A stretch of 64,000 nucleotides of DNA from Octopus vulgaris (lineage: Eukaryota). The translations under genes and the position numbers were made by a program. The stretch is taken from contig OX597828.1 in NCBI GenBank assembly GCA_951406725.2, positions 6,696,001 through 6,760,000 on the forward strand, read 5' to 3'. Positions 53,390-64,000 of the stretch are shown one piece after another; within the stretch, counting starts at the first letter, position 1, and the number at the start of each line of letters is the position of its first letter. Under the pieces are notes generated by a model. The model did no database searches, had not been told where the DNA came from, and saw only the letters and a program-made list of their open reading frames with translations.

Positions 53390-54499
53390 GGTCCTATGTA
53401 ACAATTTATTTATTAAAGGCAAAATATTGCTCGAATAGCATTCTCTTGAGAACCTTGTATTTTTAGACAGTACGGTATGGTTTGAGGAAGATTTGACAGC
53501 TATATTTCGTAAGTCGATGAATCGCAGAGAGGCACAATCGTTTGGCGTTTTTAATATCCTGGTAGGCTATGAGGGAAAATTTGACGTCTATAGGTATGAT
53601 GACGGTTCACTAGTCACCTGATCGTATGAACGATAGTACAGTTATTATGCGTAAAACTTATTATGATGTCAACTGATTCTATTTTCAATATCGTTCATTT
53701 CACCAACAGAGGAGCCTCAACTTATCATTCGAACTGTGATAAATAATACATATTGTGATACTTTTGAGAGTAAATACATCTTGCTATCTTTGAAAGAGAA
53801 TGGGGCATACTTGTCAAGGAGAATATAGTCCTGGGTATATTGTATATTAAAACAGACATAGATAACCTTTTGCAGGAAGCGGACGGTATGAGATGCGATG
53901 TCTAATAGACTACATCAAATATTTCGAGAGACAAAGAATGAGAAATAAGGATATATAAAATTGAAACAGAGAGGGGGGGGGAGAAATGCGCCGTACTTTC
54001 GGAATATTATTATCTTCCAAATTGGGAAACATTTGATTGTAAATATATTTAGTATACAGAGTCATTTTATATTATGTATTATATTTCAAGGAAATAAAGG
54101 TTGAAATATACCAGTAATTGAACAGAATAAAATGATAGGCAGGTTTTTATGTGTGTTTGTGTGCGCACGTTCACGTACATTTTCACTCTGAGTTTAAGTC
54201 CTATTGGAGTCAACCCTACTTTTTCGTCCTTCCGGAGTTGATAAAATGAAGTACGGGTTTATATTGGCGTCGGTGAAATTAACTGTACCTTAACTCCAAT
54301 TAGATGAAATAACATCATTGCTGGGGACAGACATAACACCAGTAAACAAAGCACAAATAATAGCCTATGTAATATAACATCATTAAATGAAGTATTCATA
54401 ATAGGAGGCATGCAACATATCTCCAGTAAGTATAGGATGATTATAAGGTGCATAAGGTAACATCGATAAATATAGCTTCAATTATAGGGTTCATATAAC

Positions 54500-54816
54500 T
54501 ACTGGCACTCCGTCGGTTACGACGAAGAGTGTTCCAGCTGATCTGATCAATGGACCAGCGTGCTCGTGAAATTAACGTGTAAGTGGATGGGTATTCCAGA
54601 GACACGGGTTCTCTTAATATAGTTCTCAGGGAGGTTCAGCGTGGTGCCGAATCTGACGAAGATGAATTACGAGCACAACTTACTTTTGCCAGCGGAGTGG
54701 ACTGGATCAATGAGGAATATAGAACTATTTTGATGGACACAATGTACCGTCGGTAATCGAACTCACAACTTCTCGATCGTGAACCGAATACCTTAGCCAA
54801 TAAGCCATGCGCCTTC
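54500..54816 (-). mobile_element. tRNA-derived SINE with a distinct tail
   Basis: gaaggcgcatggcttattggctaagg...gagttcgattacc head, tail ...cgtcgtaaccgacggagtgccagt. Confidence 0.7.
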
Positions 54817-55589
54817 ATGAGGAGGGGTTCATATGATATCAGTAAATATAGTACCACTAATTAGTTATAACATTAGAAACTAAAGCACCGAAAATAGGGT
54901 ATGTATAATATACAAACAACAAAAATAAAACCACCATTAAAACATCGATGGAACCTCCATGTGGTGGCTTAACCTACTAGAATTAACAGCTCAGAAAACA
55001 CAGTCTCGTTGAATAACATTGTCCTGTATACAAAGTGTTGATGAAAAAGACGGAATGGCCATGGTTGGAACGTCTTTCACAATAAACATATTCAATCAGA
55101 CATATAATAATATAACAAAAACTAGTTTAGTGGAGCCCAATTGCATGGCTTTATTCACCCACCCCCAGCTACAAAAACAAAACAAAATGGCTGCTGTAGA
55201 AATTGAAAAGAAATCTTTAAAGAAATATTTTATAGAGCTATCCCATTAATGAGGCAGCATTTAAACATGCTTTATGTTCGGAATCGTGACAGACTTATGA
55301 AACACATTGAACATACAAACATTCTTCTATGATCGTTATTTAAATTTTTAAACACACTTGTGCATGCACGTGCATTACGCTATAGTGTCGGTGTGATTGC
55401 ACAACATACATTTTCGCTTTCATGTATGCGCAATTCCACTGCGACAGCAACTACAGCAAAAAAACACTGCAACCGCTACTACGACAAATACTTCGATGAC
55501 TACAGCTAGTAAAAGCACTACTACTTTACTTAATATCACTGCCCTAGCTATTTCTACTGTTACAAAATCTCCGTCTTCTTCTTATTATT

Positions 55590-55795
55590 ATTTTCTTCTT
55601 CTTCTTCTTCTTCTTCTTCTTCTTCTTCTTCTTCTTCTTCTTCTTCTTCTTCTTCTTCTTCTTTTTCTCCGCCTTCTTCTTCTTCTTCTTCTTCTTCTTC
55701 TTCTTCTTCTTCTCCTCCTTCTTCTTCTTCTTCTTTTTCTCCGCCTCCTCCTCCTCCTTCTTCTTCTTCTTCTTCTTTTTCTTCTACGACAACGA

Positions 55796-55845
<50 letters not shown>
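55590..55845. repeat. (CTT)n followed by (AAT)n
   Basis: Direct reading. Source of the poly-R/L ORFs. Confidence 0.95.
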
Positions 55846-55856
55846 CCTTTCTAATA

Positions 55857-56046
55857 AAGGCACAAGGCCCGAAATTTTGGGGAAGTAGATAAATCGATTA
55901 CATCGACCCCATTATTATACTGGAATTTGATTTATCGACCCCGAATTGTTGAAAGGCAAAATCGACCTCAGCAGAATTTGAACTCAGAACGTAAAGACGG
56001 ACGAAATGTCGCTAAGCATTTTGTCCAATGATGTAACGATTCCGAC
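55857..56046 (-). mobile_element. SINE family B
   Basis: atcgattacatcgacccc...gaaaggcaaaatcgacctcagcagaatttgaactcagaacg. Confidence 0.85.
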
Positions 56047-56080
56047 AATAATAATAATAATGATAGTAATTATAACAACA

Positions 56081-57172
56081 ATACTTAGATACTCAGCAGT
56101 TTTTTGTAGATTGGACAAAGCTAGACAGAAGAACTAGAAAGGAATTCAATATGAATGAAGGACCCCACCCAAGAAGTAGGAAGATTATATTTACCTACAA
56201 AGGAAAGTAGAAGACTGCATGAAGTTAGCTAGAGTAGATATAGATCCTATGTAGGTAATAATGAAGAAAGTTTATTAAAAGCTGCTAGAGTTACAGCAAG
56301 ACATAGGGAAACCAAAAACCCAAACGAAGTTAAAAATCATAAACGAAGGAACAAAAATTATCTGACTGCCAGAAGAAGGCTTTGCGTGGTAGGTTCCCAA
56401 AGACAGTTGCAGAAAATAGTAGTAGTGGGACATGGTTATAGTTGCCGAAAAGAAAACTTAATAGGGAGAGAGTAAGTTTGTTACAAGCTGCATAAGATCA
56501 AGCCTTAAGGACTAATTGGATAAAGTCCAAGTTAGAAAAAAGCCAACTAGATTCCCAGTGTAGGTTATGCAAATCAAAAGAGGAATGCGTTACTCCTATA
56601 GTAAGTGAATGTAGCATGCTAGCACAGAAAGACATGACAATCTAGGGGGAGTAATCCACTAGGAGTTATGTAGAAAGCTAGGATTTGAATATACTGATAA
56701 ATGGTATGATCATGAGCCCAGTAGAGTACTAGAAAGTAAGAAATACAAGATCTTGTAGGGCTTTAACATTGAGACTGATAGAGTAATACAAGCTAGAATG
56801 CCTGATTTGGTAGCAGTAGATAAAGAGAACAGAAAGTGACAGATAATTGACTTTACAGTCCCAAATGATGAAAGAATCAAAATGATAGGTATAGAAAAAC
56901 AGCAAAGTACCAGGACCTAAGCATTGAAATGCAGAGACTATGGAAAATGCGGGTAGAATATATCCCAGGAGTTATAGGTTCATTGGGAACTATCCCTAAA
57001 GATATGAACAGATAGATAAATGAAATAGGCATAAAACCAAGTTTAGTACAGCTACAGAAAACGGTGTAACTTGGGACAGCTAGGATACTTAGGTGGGTTC
57101 TTAGCATCTAGGGTTACTTGTTGTAGCCCGATATTAAGATTTCTTCTTTTCCAACAGTTTTATCTATTGTGT

Positions 57173-57174
<2 letters not shown>
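56081..57174 (+). mobile_element. R4/Dong-clade non-LTR retrotransposon 3' portion (zinc knuckle and RLE), pseudogenised
   Basis: DQALRTNWIK...CRLCKSKEECVTPIVSECSMLAQ...KWYDHEP...RMPDLVAVDKENRK*QIIDFTVPND...KYQDL...IGSLG...LQKTV*LGTARILR. (AAT)n on both sides. Confidence 0.9.
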
Positions 57175-57247
<73 letters not shown>

Positions 57248-57249
57248 GC

Positions 57250-57425
57250 TTCAAATGTGAGCAGGAGGCTAGCAATTTCAGGTGGAGGAGGCATTTCGAT
57301 TACATCAACTGGTACTTAATTTGTTGAATCAGAATGCATGAAAGCAAAATCGACCTGGTGGAATTTGAACTCAGAGCATTAAGAAGTGGGAGATATACCA
57401 CAAAGCATTTTCCCCACATCCTGAC
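57250..57425 (-). mobile_element. SINE family B, diverged
   Basis: ttcgattacatcaactggtacttaattt...gcaaaatcgacctggtggaatttgaactcagagc. Confidence 0.65.
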
Positions 57426-57585
57426 AATAATAATAATAATAATAATTCCATTGCTATTCTACTAATAAAAGTAGTAACACGTATAATATTTTTACAATCA
57501 CAAAGACTTCTACAATTAGTTCAACAAAAACATCAACAACAACAACAACAAGTAATGTTAGAACTACACCTAAAAATAATAATGA

Positions 57586-57630
<45 letters not shown>

Positions 57631-57822
57631 TAATAATAATAATAATAATAATAATAATAGAGAAAAACCGTGACGATCAATAGTGCTGAGTAATCAAAGG
57701 TTGCAGTGACATCATTCGTGCACATAATACAGTTGCATAATCAAAACAAAAGTGAAAGCAGTGGAAGCAGAAGTGGCGGCGTCGGCGGCGGCGGTGGCAG
57801 CAGCAGCACCCGCAGCAGCAGC

Positions 57823-57875
<53 letters not shown>

Positions 57876-58104
57876 GATTTTAGTCATGGTGGTGGAGGTA
57901 ATTCTGTAGTTAAAGGTCTTGAATAATAGTGATAGATTGGTGCTGTTGGCAGCGGTGGCGGTGGTGGTGGTGGTTTTAATGGTGCAGGTGGTGGTGGTGG
58001 TGGTGGTGGCGCTGGTAGGAATGGGAGTTTTTAGAAATGGTTTTCTTAGATGTGCTAGATGTGGTAGTGGTAACGTTCGTGTTTTTAGAGGTGTAAGATC
58101 ATGG

Positions 58105-58136
<32 letters not shown>

Positions 58137-59087
58137 ACGACGACGACGACGACGATGACGACAATGACGACGATTATGATGATGATGATGGTGGTGGTTG
58201 TGGTGATGATGATGATGATGATGATGATGTTGGTGGTAGTGATGATGGTGACGATGATGATGATTAAGAACAACAACCAACAACAACAACAACAACAACA
58301 GCCCAAACAATCAATGATAACAAATACGTGAACATCAATAGCAACATCAACAGCAATGGCAACCAATAAGAATATATAAAAGATAACATAAATATAAATA
58401 CAAACAGCAACAACAACAACAACAACAACAATAGCAACAAAGATAAGAGAAACTAACAAAACCTGCAGTTACTACAACAGCAATGAGATCAATAACCAAA
58501 TAAACAGCAGTGAAATTTCTAAAAATTTTAAAATATAGACAGTGGAAAACTTCAAAAATGAAGGAAAAAGTTAAAGAAAGGAGAGGAAAGGAAAGATAAA
58601 CGTTGAAAAAGATTAGCAAAAAAAATGGACAGCCAGAAACCAAGAAAGGAAAATAAATGAACACAATACATAATAAAAAAAAAACAAAGATTATATACAA
58701 AGAATTACAGAATTACAGACAAGAAAGGGAAGCGAGGAGATTAGCATGGTGTGTGCGTATATGCATATATATATATATATATATATATGCACGTTTATGT
58801 GCATGTATGCATATATATATATATATATATATATATGCGTGTACATATATATTTGCATATATACATATATATATAAATATATATATGTATATATTTATAT
58901 ACGTATGTCTCCATATATAAATGCCTATATTACTTTATGACTTATGTATAAGTGCATATATGCATATATAAATATATATATATATATATACATGTATATG
59001 TATACATATATGTGTGTATATATATATTATATACATATATGTATTTATGTATATATATATATATATACATACATATATATATATATA

Positions 59088-59140
<53 letters not shown>

Positions 59141-59399
59141 ATATATATAAATATATATATACAAGCATAGTTTGTCAATAACGCAAAGAAGGGAAAGACA
59201 TAGGTGTGGTAGAGTGTTGTGCAGTGTGCAAGATGTATTTGAGGACTTAATTATCGGCATATTATACTCTCCAAAACAATTAAAAGGATTTTGCTTCTGT
59301 CAGATATCCCATAGCAGATAAAATGCGAACACACAACTGATAAGTCATTCATTTGGTGTTGCCATGTGTACGGGACAAAGTGACTTAAAAATTGACAAC

Positions 59400-60272
59400 T
59401 CTCTAAATGGTGCAAAATCATTTGTACTGCATATCAGGTGGATTGGAAACCTCTGACGAGAATCTTTCGACCTTATGAAAGAGAAAATCATTTTAAACGT
59501 TCGGGGACTGTAAAGACACTGCAATACATCAAACGTATTCAAAACATTATCGACGATGCCGGAAAATCAGTGAGGGCCATCACCAGAAGACAGGTGTCAT
59601 AGTGGACTATCAGAACTAAGGTTCATATGGGCATACGATAGATGTCGCATGTATTGAGGAAAGGCCAATTTATGTCTTCAAAGACAAAAAAAAAACTATC
59701 TGATCCTTCCCAAGCGGTTACTTAACACGGTTAAACACTGCCAAGAATATACTTTGGTTCTTCTTTGATAAGAAAAACTTGGACTGAGAACTAAAGTACA
59801 ACAGGAGAAATGACAGATGGCTACGCTTTACGCTTTACTCTTTTACTCTTTTACTTGTTTCAGTCATTTGACTGCGGCCATGCTGGAGCACCGCCTTTAG
59901 TCGAGCAAATCGACCCCAGGACTTATTCTTTGTAAGCCTAGTACTTATTCTATAGGTCTCTTTTGCCGAACCGCTAAGTTACGGGACGTAAAGACACCAC
60001 CATCGTAACCCAACAATGGATGTTGTGGGACAATCGTTACCATATGTAACACCAGATCTGTGGCTTATCCAATTTACCATATTTAAATCTGATAGATTAC
60101 TACGTTTGAAACGATGTTGACAAGGAAATTAATCATCTTATTCACACAAGCATAGTTTCACTGAAGGTCGTCATGTCCGAAATGAATAAGGGACATTTAG
60201 CACAGGCATGTCAACGATTCCGATCTAGCATGGAAGCAGCTATCGATGCTGAAAGGAGATTTATAGAACGAT
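59400..60272 (+). pseudogene. Decayed Tc1/mariner-superfamily transposase (DD37D/maT-like), split by a SINE
   Basis: WFFFDKKNL...KYNRRNDRWL, then PDLW..NLPYLNLIDYYV (SPDLNPLDY-like) and HLAQACQRFRSSMEAAIDAERRFIE. Confidence 0.75.
59826..60005 (-). mobile_element. SINE family A, 3' fragment
   Basis: tttactcttttacttgtttcagtcatttgactgcggccatgctggagcaccgcc. Confidence 0.9.
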
Positions 60273-60511
60273 GCTTTAAGAATGGTTATCGAGAACATAT
60301 ACTGCAGTTTGTCCATGACTGCGTTAAACAAAAACAGGATGATCACAAGTTTATTAAGTGTTCTGTTCAATCATGGTTGGTCTTAGGTTAAGGAATAACA
60401 AACAATGCCATCTAAACGTCCATTTAAAGTTTTTTTACTGGCTCTAAAAGAAAAGCTGATGTAGTGGAACAAAGTAGAGAGGCTTCAATATAATCTCTTA
60501 AATTTACTGAC

Positions 60512-60585
60512 TAACATAAAAGTTCAACTGACATAAAAGTACAACTGACATAAAAGTACAGCATAAAAGTACGACATAAAAGTGT
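60512..60585. repeat. Minisatellite, five copies of CATAAAAGT
   Basis: acataaaagttcaactgacataaaagtacaactgacataaaagtacagcataaaagtacgacataaaagt. Confidence 0.9.
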
Positions 60586-61014
60586 AATGATAGCCGTAGG
60601 AACAAAAACTGGTTAATGACGGTCTTGTTTCTCAAAAGAAATCCTTATGATTTCGTTCATGAATCTTTTAAAAATGATGAGGGACATTGAGAGAAAAGGT
60701 TCTTCGTATCTACAATATATGATGAAAGGATAAACTGAAAATCAGAGATTTGATGTTTAACAGAGCAGCTCAAATATTTCGTCAGGATTCAAGAGAGAAC
60801 CATGTGCACAAGTGATCTATTAAAATATATTTGATTTTTCTTATAGAATCTGAGTGAATAGTGGATTGATATTTCACTAATTTGCCTTTAGTATATATTT
60901 ACGGTTCTAAGTTCAATTTATTTCGAGGTCATTCTTGCCTTTTCATTCTACCTATTTCTTTACTACCCACTGCCTTTTCATTCTACCATGGTCAATATTA
61001 TAAAGTACTAGAAG

Positions 61015-61218
61015 GTGGCTAACTGGCAGAATCGTTAGCAAGCCGGACGAAATACTTAACGGCATTTCTTAACGTTCTGAGTTCAAAATCCGCCCATTTG
61101 ACTTTACCTTCCATCCTTTTCGGTTTGATAAAAATAAGTACCAGTTGACCACTGGGGATGATGTAATGCACTTACTCCCTCCCTGAAACCGCTGACCTTG
61201 TTACAAAATTTGAAACCA
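61015..61218 (+). mobile_element. SINE family B
   Basis: ctggcagaatcgttagc...gagttcaaaatcc...aaaatttgaaacc. Confidence 0.8.
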
Positions 61219-61794
61219 ATATTATAATGCATAAGGCAAGTACTAGTGTCGGTTTAGTCTGTCATAAGCTTTCTCACGGTTCTGAGGCTTTGTGTTTATA
61301 TTAGAAATTAATATATACATCGACAACCATATAAATAGACAAGGAGAAGGATAGCTGGAGTTATAAAAATAGGCAGAGACATAAGAAAGAATAGAGAGAA
61401 TATTATACAGTGGGGAAAAGCAGGAGAGACAGACACATAGAATGTGGTTTAGAGAGAAAACCAATAGAGATATACGGCGACAGAGAGAGCTATAACGAGA
61501 GATATAGAGACAAGGACAGAAAAGACAACTGAAGATACACTGTATAATGTGAAAGAAAGTTGAAGCAAGAGAGATGTATACAGTGATTGAAAGAAATAGA
61601 CAGAGAATGGCACAGAACGTGGGTGTAAGTGAAACAGGGATAGTGACAGAGAAAATTAGGGAAAGTGGTGGTGAAAGATACAGTCCCAGAAAGGTAGAAA
61701 TAGAAATAGTGACAAAGAGAGAGAAAAGCGGTGAAACAGAGATATGAACTGAAGTAGAAGCGAGGTGCAGACAGAATAGTAGACAGAGACAAAG

Positions 61795-61851
61795 AAAGGA
61801 AAAAAGAAAGAAAGAAAGAAAGAAAGAAAGAGAAAAAGAAAGAAAGAGAAA

Positions 61852-61895
<44 letters not shown>

Positions 61896-61900
61896 AGAAA
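61795..61900. repeat. (AAAG)n microsatellite
   Basis: Direct reading. Confidence 0.95.
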
Positions 61901-62874
61901 GGAAAATAAAATTTAGTAGCAGGAAAACAGTCAGGATTTAAGTGAGTTCAAATCCCTTACCCCCGGGTCTACTTTGTCTTTCATCTTCCAGGGGTCGATA
62001 AAATCAATCTAACTTAACTTACTTTACTCTTTCTTTGTAAAACTCTTTCTTTCTATGTCTTCAGTGGAATACCGGAGAGATTAATTGATGAGCCTTTCTT
62101 TCACATCCCCCAACGATGCTGGCCTTGTATCTATATTAAAGATCAATGCATACACGCATACACATGGATACGTACATACATGCATACATATACATATACA
62201 CATGCAAATATAGATACGTACATACGTATACATACACACAAACATATAAATACATACATATACATAGACACATACATACAATTGTGTGTATGTGTATATA
62301 TATATATGCGCATAAACGTATATATAAGAAATCGATCCTCTGTCGGTGTCGAAGATGACTATATCACTTGCTAAACCAACAGAACTATCTTCATATTATT
62401 ACAGCGGAACAAGTGTAAAATGCAATATATGAAAATGCTGGTCCTCTGAATTGTAGGTACATGATATCCGTTGGCCTTCTATATTCTTCCCAATTTCTCA
62501 TATTGGGGCCAATTCAAGTCTAACAAACCTTATAATCCACCCGCCTGTGCCTGCGTGTCAATATGTGTATATGTGCGTGTGAATTTATATATACAAGGTG
62601 ACTCACATAATTTCACTAGAGTGAAGATATTTGCCCTCATGTTTAGATCGCTAAGATCACAATGGCACACTTTCGGGAGCAGGAATAGTACAGAAAATCT
62701 GGCTACATTATGCAATTCTGTAACGTAAAATATATTTTCCCATAAATCCCACGTAACATTGACGTTAACTAATTCATGTTAGAGAATTCCTAGTTACGTT
62801 AAGATCTTCATGAACGCAACACAAGTATAATGAAAGAGTTATTTACTATTGAAATATTTAAATGTTTTTCTATA

Positions 62875-63290
62875 CTTATGGGAATATTTCAGCACAAGAC
62901 TGGTTCTACAATATAATAATTTTAATTGTGGAGTTATTACATAATACATTTCCTATAGGCAAAGATCACATTTAAAATTAATAGTATTATACGATGGAAT
63001 GTAACTAATAATTTATACTGTATTTAATGTTCGTGTCTTTCAAATACCGAATGTATTTATTAAGATTTGTAGAATTAGATTTCTTCCTAAAGTTAAATGA
63101 AGAAGAATGGTTATGTAATCTAGATTTCGAAGCTGTTGCAGAAGAACCTACAATAACTATACATAGATATTCTTCTTTAAACATTGATTTTCTAAAGAAC
63201 ACGTAAGTCTGTTCTGAAATTATAAAGGAGTTTATTCACTCGTAACTAGCACTCGTGGTTAAAGAAATTAATACTGATTCTACTCTAAGA
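62875..63290 (-). mobile_element. Penelope-like element remnant, GIY-YIG endonuclease region
   Basis: VGSSATASKSRLHNHSSSFNFRKKSNSTNLNKYIRYLKDTNIKYSINY followed by PSYNTINFKCDLCL*E, matching the PLE pattern YIG.T...FK.R..NH..SF...T.LS..IW.LK...C.LCL.EK. Confidence 0.7.
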
Positions 63291-63586
63291 ACCAGTTGTT
63301 AAAATAGGATTGTTAGCAATGTCATAATCAATATTATTCCTATGTGTTAAAGATGCTCTGGATTTCACTGATAGAATTAAATTCATGTAAAGTATCAAAA
63401 ACAGGGTGAGTTAGTTCAACTGAACTAGGATTAAAATTATTAACTATGTTACATTCGAGGCAAGGTTACTACTATTTATATTATCATCATTAGTACGATT
63501 ACTATTTTCACTTTTGCTATTATTATTAGTGTTATCATCATCACAATTACAATTATTATTATCCTACTACTACTACTACAACAACA

Positions 63587-63636
<50 letters not shown>

Positions 63637-63637
63637 A

Positions 63638-63700
<63 letters not shown>

Positions 63701-63909
63701 GCGGCGAGCTGGCAGAATTGTTAGCGCACTGGGCGAAATGCTTAGCAGTATTTTATCTGCCGCAACCTTCTGAGTTCAAATTCCGCCGAGTTCGACTTTG
63801 CCTACTTTCTTTGGGATCCGATAAATTATGTAGCAGTTGAACATTGGGGTCGATGTAATCGACACATCCTCTACCCCAAAATGGCTGCCCTTGTGGCAAA
63901 TTTGAAACA
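63701..63909 (+). mobile_element. SINE family B within (ATT)n
   Basis: gcggcgagctggcagaattgttagc...gagttcaaattccgccgag...aaatttgaaac. Confidence 0.88.
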
Positions 63910-63961
63910 ATTATTATTATTATTATTATTATTAGTAGTAGTAGTAGTAGTAGTAGTAGTT

Positions 63962-64000
<39 letters not shown>

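Noticed and set aside
57741-58310. 189-aa His/Thr/Leu-rich ORF
   Set aside because: Made of concatenated trinucleotide repeats, with no domain or splice support.
60512-60585. Short repeat array as CRISPR or iteron
   Set aside because: 9-17 bp units without unique spacers in a eukaryotic context. An ordinary minisatellite.

Overview
AT-rich, microsatellite-saturated eukaryotic DNA with no intact protein-coding gene. It is probably intronic or intergenic, and the repeat landscape suggests an octopus/coleoid cephalopod genome (inference). Nearly all ORFs in the track are translations of simple repeats. The real content is a nested transposon record: three tRNA-derived SINE families (about 30 copies or fragments), a decayed CR1-like LINE, five RLE-type (R4/Dong-like) non-LTR fragments sitting in microsatellites, an RTE 3' end, a Penelope-like GIY-YIG remnant, Helitron-like elements, hAT and mariner MITEs and a DD37D/maT-like transposase relic. 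The most striking signal is a set of short non-coding elements carrying minimal type I hammerhead ribozymes (CUGAnGA...GAAA, short near-palindromic stem III) from at least six unrelated sequence families. Several sit in fold-back structures, one lies downstream of a tRNA-like Pol III head, and one has an inverted copy that has lost just the ribozyme. Other observations are a shared, covarying SINE/LINE 3' stem-loop, a cryptic ~70-bp array anchored on GATATCAC, and a candidate 29-nt microexon. Coordinates were read by eye and may be off by a few bases.
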